The position numbers were made by a program, and so were the translations under genes. Shown one piece after another: positions 16,117 through 23,047 of a stretch of 45,754 nt of DNA. Under the pieces are notes generated by a model. The model searched no databases and was not told where the DNA came from. It saw only the letters and a list, made by a program, of their open reading frames with translations. This DNA comes from a virus (taxonomy: Duplodnaviria; Caudoviricetes), in the IMG/VR virus record IMGVR_UViG_3300036856_000017, positions 1 through 45,754 of that record, one strand, 5' to 3'. How positions within the stretch are numbered: the stretch's first letter is position 1; every line of letters starts with the position of its first letter.

Positions 16117-18197
16117 GTGACCAGCTGCCCGCCGTCCCAGATGACGAAGTGCTCGAGGGTGAAGTAGTCGCCAGCCCGCGCCACCCGGTGGCCAGGGTGG
16201 TCCGCGTGGTCGTCGTGGTGGTGCGTCACGAGCACGTCCAGCGCGGCGGCCGCCACATGGCCTACATCCCGCTCGGCGCCTATGTGGTCGGCCGGCGCAT
16301 CTGGGACGCCCGGACGACGGCCCGCTTTGAGAGGTACATCAGGGCGGCCGAGGCGGGCGGCGACCATGAGTCGATGGTCCGCTGGGAGGAGCTGCGGCAG
16401 AAGTTTTTGAACGACCGCCACAAGCGCCGGATGGAGCGGCGGCACTCGACACTGGAGGCGTTCCGGGCAGCGCCGTTCATCGCGGGCGGCACGGTCGGCG
16501 TCTTGGGCAGCATCGGCATCTTCATGGCCATCGCCGAGCACCGGTTCGGCGAGATCGCCGTCCCGTTCGTGGCGGTGGCGCACCTGGTCATGCTGGTCAT
16601 CCTCGTCGTGTCCGTGTCGTGGGGCCCGTTCGTGATCGGCGCCCCGTGGATCGGCCTCGCGATGCTGTGGTGGATAGGCAAGCGCCACGCGCAGGGCATG
16701 ACGGGCGGCTGGCTCGCCGCGGCGCAGCCGGACGGCGAGGACGGCGGCATGGTCGTGACGGCCGACACGATCGTCCTCGCCCTGCAGCACATGCCGGTAC
16801 CGGCGCTGAAGACGGCATTCAAGGACGGGTGGATACCGCAGTTCACGACGACGCCCGTCCGCGACGGCCAGGGCTACGAGGCCGAGTTCAGCGTCCCCCT
16901 CGGGGTGACGGCGGAACAGATTGCCGACGCGAACAAGGTGCTGGCCAGGAACCTGCACCGGGACGAACACGAGTCGTGGCCGTCCGCGGGGCCGCCGGGT
17001 TACGTGAAGCTGTGGGTGGCGGACCGGGGCGCGCTGAATCGCGCGGCACCGGAGTACCCGCTGCTGCACTCCGGCACGGCTGACGTATTCAAGGGCGTGC
17101 CGGGCGGGGTGACCGCCCGCGGGGATGAGATCGTCGCTCCTGTCGTCGGCAACAACGGCGTGCTCGGCGGCATGATGGGGCAGGGCAAAAGCAACGCCGC
17201 GCGGGTGCTGATGCTCGGCTGCGCCACTGACCCGATCTGCTCGCTGGACGCCTGGGTGTTCGCGAACAACGGCGACTTCGATGCCTACGCGCCGCGGCTG
17301 GCCCGGTATGAGAAGGGCCTCGACGATGACGTGATCGCCGCCGCCGTGGAGCGCCTGCATGAGCTGTACCGCTGGGTGGGCGAGCGTGAGGAGATGCTGG
17401 CCGACCTGGGTGCGAAGAAGGTCAGCCGGGAACTGGCCCAGCAGTACCCGGAGCTGCGCCCGCACGTCGCCCTGTTCAGCGAGTGCCACGAGCTGTTCGG
17501 CCACAAGGAGGACGGCAAGCTCTCCGACATGGCGAAGATGGCCGCTGAGCTGGTCATCAAGACCATCAAGCGGGCACGCAAGACGGGCATCGTCCTGTGG
17601 TTCGACACGCAGTCCAGCCGCAAGGAGGCCATCCCGCCCGCCCTCGTCGAGCTGGTGTCCGTCAACTGCTGTTTCGCCGTCAAGACGTGGCGCAGCAACG
17701 ATGGCTTCCTGGGTGATGGCAGCTTCCAGCGGGGCATCAGGGCGACGGAGCTGCGGCCGGGCCGGGACCGCGGCACGTCGCTCGTGACCGGTGTCAGCGA
17801 CGCTCAGTTCGAGCTGCTGAAGTGGTACTTCGTCGCGGTCGACGACGACACCGGGTTCGACGCGGCCGCCGACGTGATCAAGCGCTGCATGCAGCGCGTT
17901 GACCCGCGCACGCCGGTCGCCTCGAGCACGCCGGTCGCGATCGAGGCCAGGGACCTGCTGACAGACCTTGATGCCGTGCTCGGCAGCGAGCGCGCGCGCC
18001 TGGCCGACGTGCCCGCGCTGCTGCGGGACCTGGCGCCGCACTGGCCGGCGTACCGCACCGGGGCGCTGAACGGCGTGCGGCTGCGCGAGCTGCTGGACAA
18101 GGAAGGCGTGCGAGTGAAGACGACGGGCGGGATCCTGTGGCTGGATCCGCCGGACGTGCGCGACGTGCTCCGGCAGCGGAGTGAGTTGGATGACTGA
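16113..18197 (+). CDS. traB: TraB-type FtsK/SpoIIIE DNA translocase
   Basis: N-terminal TM hairpin, Walker A GMMGQGKS, Walker-B-like VALFSECHELF, ARKTGI...TQ motif, C-terminal wHTH-like domain. Confidence 0.9.
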   Translation: MSDQLPAVPDDEVLEGEVVASPRHPVARVVRVVVVVVRHEHVQRGGRHMAYIPLGAYVVGRRIWDARTTARFERYIRAAEAGGDHESMVRWEELRQKFLNDRHKRRMERRHSTLEAFRAAPFIAGGTVGVLGSIGIFMAIAEHRFGEIAVPFVAVAHLVMLVILVVSVSWGPFVIGAPWIGLAMLWWIGKRHAQGMTGGWLAAAQPDGEDGGMVVTADTIVLALQHMPVPALKTAFKDGWIPQFTTTPVRDGQGYEAEFSVPLGVTAEQIADANKVLARNLHRDEHESWPSAGPPGYVKLWVADRGALNRAAPEYPLLHSGTADVFKGVPGGVTARGDEIVAPVVGNNGVLGGMMGQGKSNAARVLMLGCATDPICSLDAWVFANNGDFDAYAPRLARYEKGLDDDVIAAAVERLHELYRWVGEREEMLADLGAKKVSRELAQQYPELRPHVALFSECHELFGHKEDGKLSDMAKMAAELVIKTIKRARKTGIVLWFDTQSSRKEAIPPALVELVSVNCCFAVKTWRSNDGFLGDGSFQRGIRATELRPGRDRGTSLVTGVSDAQFELLKWYFVAVDDDTGFDAAADVIKRCMQRVDPRTPVASSTPVAIEARDLLTDLDAVLGSERARLADVPALLRDLAPHWPAYRTGALNGVRLRELLDKEGVRVKTTGGILWLDPPDVRDVLRQRSELDD

Positions 18198-18241
18198 CGT
18201 ATCCCCGGATGCCGCCCTGGGGCATGCCGGACGAGGCCCGC

Positions 18242-18331
18242 CCCACTCGCGGAAACGACCCAACTCGGCCCACTTCCGCAGGTCAGCGGGGGTGTTGGCC
18301 GGTGATTCACATAGATGGAATATCCAACTCG
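18242..18331 (+). repeat. 8-bp imperfect direct repeats after traB, candidate clt/TRS
   Basis: CCCACTCG 18242, CCAACTCG 18260, CCCACTTC 18269, CCAACTCG 18324. Confidence 0.45.
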
Positions 18332-18352
18332 GAAACAGAGGAGACAACCCAG

Positions 18353-18553
18353 ATGAGCAAGCTCTCCAAGGAGACCAACGACAGGCTCGGCCGGATCATG
18401 GACCGGAAGGGAACCAATTCCCTCTCGAACAAAGAGATCCGGCAGGCTGTCGCGGCCGTAGACGACTCTGGCCACCTCGACGCGGCAGAGCACAAGTTCG
18501 TCAGCGAGCTGCAGGCCGCATTCGATGACGGGAAATTCCACGCCTGGCGGTAA
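18353..18553 (+). CDS. 66-aa hypothetical protein
   Basis: GAGGAG RBS. Confidence 0.7.
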   Translation: MSKLSKETNDRLGRIMDRKGTNSLSNKEIRQAVAAVDDSGHLDAAEHKFVSELQAAFDDGKFHAWR

Positions 18554-18581
18554 GCCGGGCCACGCAACAGGAGGTAACACG

Positions 18582-18728
18582 ATGGGACTGTTCAGCAACG
18601 ACCCGAAGTTCGAGGCGCTGCGCAAGATCCGCGAGGACGAGGGCTATGACGGGTGGCTCGACCAGAACAACAACAAGGTCAAGGACGTGGACAAGTGGGC
18701 CGAGGAGAAGAAGGGATGGTGGAAGTAG
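18582..18728 (+). CDS. 48-aa protein (MGLFSNDPK...GYDGWLDQ...)
   Basis: AGGAGG RBS. Confidence 0.72.
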   Translation: MGLFSNDPKFEALRKIREDEGYDGWLDQNNNKVKDVDKWAEEKKGWWK

Positions 18729-18730
18729 CC

Positions 18731-18934
18731 GTGGGCATCCGCAGCCAGCAGGTGGCGAAGCTCGCCGCCGCATACGAAGAGCGCGGCCGGGCTCTCAGCG
18801 AGTCCGGCAGGAACAGCGGCGCGTTCTACGACGCCGCACGGGCGGTCGGCAAGCTGCACGACTCCTCCACGGTAGCGGAGTGCGAGGCCGCGCAGGCGCA
18901 GGCCTACGGACGCCCGCAAGCGGAAGGGAGGTAA
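18731..18934 (+). CDS. 67-aa hypothetical protein
   Basis: GTG 2 nt after the previous stop. Confidence 0.6.
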   Translation: MGIRSQQVAKLAAAYEERGRALSESGRNSGAFYDAARAVGKLHDSSTVAECEAAQAQAYGRPQAEGR

Positions 18935-18938
18935 TCCG

Positions 18939-19157
18939 ATGGGATGGTTCAGCAGCAAGCCGGAGGAGCCCGCATCGCCGCCACGGCGGGACCGGGTCAG
19001 GCAGGTCATGCAGGCGTACATGGAGGAGTCCGACGCCGACCCGGACGGTCCCGGCGCCCGCGCTGCGGCGGAGAAGCTCAGCGCGGCGCGGCGCGGCGGA
19101 ACGACGGACGCCGAGTATCAGGCCGGGATCGCCGCGGCGCGGCGGAACGGCTACTGA
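18939..19157 (+). CDS. 72-aa protein (MGWFSSKP...)
   Basis: GGGAGG RBS. Confidence 0.72.
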   Translation: MGWFSSKPEEPASPPRRDRVRQVMQAYMEESDADPDGPGARAAAEKLSAARRGGTTDAEYQAGIAAARRNGY

Positions 19158-19192
19158 GATGAGAGCGTGCGGCGGCTGATAGCGCCGCGCGG

Positions 19193-19226
19193 GCCCGCCC
19201 CGGATCGCGAGTCCGGGGCGGGCTTT
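19193..19226 (+). terminator. Intrinsic terminator closing the tra operon
   Basis: GCCCGCCCCGGA...TCCGGGGCGGGC followed by TTT, between convergent genes. Confidence 0.75.
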
Positions 19227-19232
19227 CCGCTG

Positions 19233-19427
19233 TCAGCGGCCGATGGTGAGGCCCCATTCCTCGATGAGGTCCACCAGCTTCTTCGCCTCGATCTCGTCCT
19301 CGTCGGTGGGCTCGTACAGCTCGACAGTTCCGTCGTCGGGCCGGTTGTAGAGGCCCTCCAGGAACTCGCGGACGGGCTTCACCGTCTCTGCGATGGTCTT
19401 CGTCTCGGTCTTGGTCTGGTCTGCCAT
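19233..19427 (-). CDS. 64-aa acidic protein
   Basis: GAGAGGGGG RBS; Asp/Glu-rich. Confidence 0.7.
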   Translation of the reverse strand: MADQTKTETKTIAETVKPVREFLEGLYNRPDDGTVELYEPTDEDEIEAKKLVDLIEEWGLTIGR

Positions 19428-19517
19428 TGTCGCCCCCTCTCGCCTGCTGATGACTCCAATCTACATAAGTTGGCCACGCATGGCAAGCTTTCTGGCCACA
19501 TGTGGTATGGTTTTCTC

Positions 19518-19898
19518 ATGAGCACAGCAGACGAGAAACTGGCGGCACTTCAGGAAATGGTGGTATGGCGCGACTGGAACAAGCGCCGAGACGAGATCGT
19601 GCGCGCTGCGGACAGGGCAGGCTACAGCCAGCGCGACATAGCCGACGCGATGGAGATCAGCAGGCCGACCGTGGACAAGGCGCTGAAGCAGGACCTGAAC
19701 GTCCGTTATCACTCGGAGGTCTGCCACGATCGCGTGACATCCCACACCTGGGAGTCGTCGGGCAGGGCGTGCGGCACGGCGGAGGAGATCAGCAGGGCGC
19801 CTGCCTACATGCGCGAGGACTGGAAGCAGGCCCGCGAGATGGAAGGGCTGAGCTGGCAAGACATCGCGGCGGACGCCGGGGTTGACCTGGACGTCTAG
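19518..19898 (+). CDS. HTH DNA-binding protein
   Basis: GYSQRDIADAMEISRPTVDKAL plus a second LSWQDIA half-motif; TGGTATGGT extended -10 just upstream. Confidence 0.72.
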   Translation: MSTADEKLAALQEMVVWRDWNKRRDEIVRAADRAGYSQRDIADAMEISRPTVDKALKQDLNVRYHSEVCHDRVTSHTWESSGRACGTAEEISRAPAYMREDWKQAREMEGLSWQDIAADAGVDLDV

Positions 19899-19903
19899 AA
19901 CGC

Positions 19904-19937
19904 GAAAACGCCCCCGGCTCACCTCCGGGGGCGTTTC
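19904..19937. terminator. Probable bidirectional terminator at the end of the lysis operon
   Basis: GAAAACGCCCCCGG...CCGGGGGCGTTTC between convergent genes. Confidence 0.8.
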
Positions 19938-19971
19938 ACGTTCTGCAACCTTGTCGCGCTCAGCCTACCAG

Positions 19972-20868
19972 CTACGCCGTGATCCTGAGCGATGCGTGCG
20001 GCGGGGCCACGCTGCCCCCGTCGGCCCACACCCGGATCTCGTACTGCCATCCCCTGTGCAGCTTGATGGTGCCGGTCGTTCCGGACACGGCTCCCGGCAC
20101 GATCACGCCGTTGTCCTGCACCGCCTCCAGTGTGTACCCGCTCGGCGTCTTGCTTCCTCCCACGGCCGGTGGCGCGCTCCACGTGAAGTTCCGGATCACC
20201 TCGGTCCCCTCGGCAAGGTGCGCCGGGGCGGCGAACTGGTCGCCCGCGGGCACCGGAGCGGGGGGCGCAGCGCCCGGCCGCGGCCACTGGCCGAAGTCAT
20301 CGCCAGGGCCGAGCACCTTGATGCTGTGCCAGAATGCCGCCTGGTTGACGTCAACGGTAGCCGGGCCGACGTGGACGTTATAGGACACCTGGCGGATGTC
20401 CGCGCGCGGATCCCAGGCGCCGCCCGAGCCGCCCGACGTCTGCCACCCGTACCGGATCACGCCGGAATCGAATAGCGACTTGATCACGGAGTACTGCCCG
20501 TACCCGCCGCTGCGCGCAAGTCCGATGACGCCGTTAACCCCGCGCATGTAGGCGACCGGGTTGGTACCGGCCGCCACGGGGACGTCCTGAGCGAAGAACA
20601 CGGTGGCGCCGGTCGCGCCGACGCGGGCAAGCTCGGCCTCGGCCGCCTTGGCGTCCGTGACGCCCTGAGCCTGCGTGTACTCGTTGCCGGTGGTCTCCCA
20701 GACGAACACGACCGGGATCCCGGCAGCCTTGTAGTTGGCGACTTCAGCCGCGCTGATGTCTTTGCTGTTCCCGCCAGACAGGTAGCGGCAGACGTAGTGG
20801 TATCCGGCTGCCTTGATCTGCGCGGCGGTCAGCCCGCCGCCGAACGAGAAGTCGATTCCGAGAAGCAT
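19972..20868 (-). CDS. Endolysin: DUF1906/GH25-like glycoside hydrolase with FN3-like C-terminus
   Basis: GIDFS...IKAAGY..VCRYLS...VVFVWET...FFAQD...WQT...VDVN; Pro linker; FTW.AP...GYTL...YEIRVWA. Confidence 0.87.
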   Translation of the reverse strand: MLLGIDFSFGGGLTAAQIKAAGYHYVCRYLSGGNSKDISAAEVANYKAAGIPVVFVWETTGNEYTQAQGVTDAKAAEAELARVGATGATVFFAQDVPVAAGTNPVAYMRGVNGVIGLARSGGYGQYSVIKSLFDSGVIRYGWQTSGGSGGAWDPRADIRQVSYNVHVGPATVDVNQAAFWHSIKVLGPGDDFGQWPRPGAAPPAPVPAGDQFAAPAHLAEGTEVIRNFTWSAPPAVGGSKTPSGYTLEAVQDNGVIVPGAVSGTTGTIKLHRGWQYEIRVWADGGSVAPPHASLRITA

Positions 20869-21155
20869 CAGATGAACTCCGTTTCTGCTACGGCCCACGC
20901 CACGGAGTCCCGTCCGTAGCGCTGGCGGATCCTCGCGGCTTCCGTCGCGGCGTCCTTCGCGGTGTGCTCGTCCTCGAACACCATGCACCAGCACGCGTTC
21001 TGCCACGGGTCATCGGGCAGCGACCGCCAGTTCCCGTGGACCTGGACCGCCCCCGGCAGGACGTCGCGCTCGATGTCCCTGACGAAGTCTGCCCACTGCA
21101 TCTGCGTCAGCTTGTCGTCGCTGTTGCCGATGGACAGGTAGACGGTGACGCTCAT
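20868..21155 (-). CDS. Hypothetical phage protein (SIGNSDDKLTQ..W)
   Basis: Coupled both ends. Confidence 0.75.
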   Translation of the reverse strand: MSVTVYLSIGNSDDKLTQMQWADFVRDIERDVLPGAVQVHGNWRSLPDDPWQNACWCMVFEDEHTAKDAATEAARIRQRYGRDSVAWAVAETEFI

Positions 21156-21298
21156 GCGGTGGCCACCTGCACGGTGTAGGCCGCGGCGAACGCGGCGAGG
21201 GCACCCGCCGTGAACATGCCGCGGACCGCGGGAACGACGGCGGCGATGACGGCGAGGATGACGGCAATGATGCCGAGAGCGACGGACAGGGTTTTCAT
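21152..21298 (-). CDS. 48-aa two-TM protein, holin candidate
   Basis: Hand translation MKTLSVALGIIAVILAVIAAVVPAVRGMFTAGALAAFAAAYTVQVATA; ATGA coupling both ends. Confidence 0.65.
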   Translation of the reverse strand: MKTLSVALGIIAVILAVIAAVVPAVRGMFTAGALAAFAAAYTVQVATA

Positions 21299-21615
21299 GC
21301 GTCTACCAGCTCTCCGTTAGTGATGAACCCGTGCCACGGATTGGCCGGGTCGGTGTCGTTGATCGATGGCGTGACCGTGAGCGCCGGAGCCTCGCCGGTC
21401 ACCGTCCAGTACGCCCCGTCCTGCGCGGGGAGGCTGGAGTACCAGACGACGCGGTTCGGCAGCACGACCGCCCAGCATTCGTGGTCGCGCCACATGTCGC
21501 CGGGCTTGAGGTCCGCGCCCGAGCCGGGCACGTCTGCCGCCACGGGGTCATCGGACGCGGGCAGAACAGGTCCGCCGATATCCGGGGTATCGATGATGCG
21601 GAGCGGGATTGGCAT
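21295..21615 (-). CDS. DUF6527-like protein
   Basis: WTVTG....LTVTPSI....WHGFITNGEL; AGGAGG RBS. Confidence 0.7.
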   Translation of the reverse strand: MPIPLRIIDTPDIGGPVLPASDDPVAADVPGSGADLKPGDMWRDHECWAVVLPNRVVWYSSLPAQDGAYWTVTGEAPALTVTPSINDTDPANPWHGFITNGELVDA

Positions 21616-21623
21616 CTGACCTC

Positions 21624-21959
21624 CTAGCAGTGGAACTGACGGGACAGGATCACGAACCGCTGGTGCACGGCGTACTGCTCGGCGGCCGCGTGCTGGGACG
21701 GGTTCTTCGGCCTGACCACCGGCAGCCCCGCGAATGGCGCGATGACGCCGCACAGGTCCCGCTGCTGCTGCGTCAGCGCCTGGCGCCAGTGCGCGTCGTC
21801 CTGCGTCAGCGCCTGATGCCAGTTGGCGTTATCGGCGCTGGTCTGATGCGCGCTGTAGGCGCCCGAGCCGCCACCCGCGAGCAGCGACAGCAGCGCGAGC
21901 ACGACGTAAGCGTGCCGGACCCGGCGGCGGCGGGTTACCTGCTTCTCTGGGGTGCTCAT
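21624..21959 (-). CDS. Membrane-anchored lysis-region protein ending in Cys
   Basis: Basic N-terminus, TM helix, W.QALTQ twice, two Cys. Confidence 0.7.
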   Translation of the reverse strand: MSTPEKQVTRRRRVRHAYVVLALLSLLAGGGSGAYSAHQTSADNANWHQALTQDDAHWRQALTQQQRDLCGVIAPFAGLPVVRPKNPSQHAAAEQYAVHQRFVILSRQFHC

Positions 21960-22251
21960 CCGGCGACCCCCCATGCGGCAACACAGGCGGCGATGAGGGC
22001 GGCGGCGCAGACGATGACGGCGACTCGCCATGCTGGATGGAGGACGGGCCGGACAGCAGCTGATAGCTGTGCAGCGCCCCCTCTGCCGCCAGCAGGATCA
22101 GCGCCCCGGTGACGATCGTGCTGTTCGGGGCGGCCGCCTGGACCTGCGAGACGAACCCGTACGCTCCCAGGCCCAGGGCCACGACGTCCCGGACCACCGG
22201 GAACGCTATCGCCTGCCACCAGGTCGCTGACGTAGTCGGCTGCCATTTCAC
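21829..22251 (-). CDS. Two-TM holin-like protein
   Basis: RDVVALGLGAYGF and IVTGALILLAA segments then Ser/Pro tail; GTGA coupling; overlaps the next gene. Confidence 0.55.
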   Translation of the reverse strand: MKWQPTTSATWWQAIAFPVVRDVVALGLGAYGFVSQVQAAAPNSTIVTGALILLAAEGALHSYQLLSGPSSIQHGESPSSSAPPPSSPPVLPHGGSPDEHPREAGNPPPPGPARLRRARAAVAARGWRLGRLQRASDQRR

Positions 22252-22547
22252 CGAACCTCACTCTCAGTTGCTCGTGCCGCTGCGCGGTGCGCCGCGTGGA
22301 TGTCTCGTTCCGTGCGCCGCTTGTGCGGGTGATGCCGGTAGCACGCCCGCTCCCCGGCCGCCGTCGTGCGCCGGGCGTACCAGTAGCAGCCGGTGACGTA
22401 GCACTGGTTGTGCCACCAGAACAGCAGCCCGGCCACGATGCCGCTGCCGAGCCAGGTCAGGAGGATGCCCCCGGCGCCCGAGAGGAACAGGTAGACGGGA
22501 CCGGACGGATTGTCCATCCCCAGCCAGTGGGAGAGCAGGTGCGTCAT
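22248..22547 (-). CDS. Membrane protein with Cys/His C-terminal motif
   Basis: TM segment then CYVTGC...CYRHHPH; ATGA coupling. Confidence 0.68.
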   Translation of the reverse strand: MTHLLSHWLGMDNPSGPVYLFLSGAGGILLTWLGSGIVAGLLFWWHNQCYVTGCYWYARRTTAAGERACYRHHPHKRRTERDIHAAHRAAARATESEVR

Positions 22548-23047
22548 CTCGGCTTCTGGAGAAGATCCGCCAATGCGCCAGGGGTGACGAATCCCGGCCA
22601 GCGCCCGTCGTCGAACAGCTTCATGCCCGCAGCGGCATATGCCGCATCGCAAAGTTGCGAGCAGATCATGTGGCCCGACGACGCCACGTACGCCTTCAGG
22701 AAGGGCAGCGGCAGATGCAGCCGGTGAGCGACCAGCGCGAAGTAGTCGACGGCGCTGTACGGCGTGCCGACGTAGCCGTGAGCCGCCTTGATGATGTCCT
22801 GCCGCTGTTGGTCCGTCAGCGGGATCTTGCCCGATGACCACAGGACGTCGCTGTAGTGCAGCGGCACGAGGGCCGCGCCGCCGGGCTCGGCCTCCACGAT
22901 CTGGCCGCCGCCGACGAACACGAACGCGTGCTCGTAATCCTCGCCGCCGTCGCCGTTGAGCAGCTGCCCGAACCTGATCAGCTTGCCGACGTCGCCGGAG
23001 ATCTGCGTCAGCCCGAAATCGCCCGGCTGCGGATCCGTGCGGCCCAT
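22544..23047 (-). CDS. Permuted NlpC/P60 papain-like amidase
   Basis: QPGD...YEHA...IVEAEPGG...GTPY...ICSQL with His before Cys; TGATG coupling. Confidence 0.85.
   Translation of the reverse strand: MGRTDPQPGDFGLTQISGDVGKLIRFGQLLNGDGGEDYEHAFVFVGGGQIVEAEPGGAALVPLHYSDVLWSSGKIPLTDQQRQDIIKAAHGYVGTPYSAVDYFALVAHRLHLPLPFLKAYVASSGHMICSQLCDAAYAAAGMKLFDDGRWPGFVTPGALADLLQKPR

Noticed and set aside
14741-19226. Independent AICE inserted into a prophage
   Set aside because: No own Rep, integrase, excisionase or flanking att duplication seen; cannot be fully excluded without relatives
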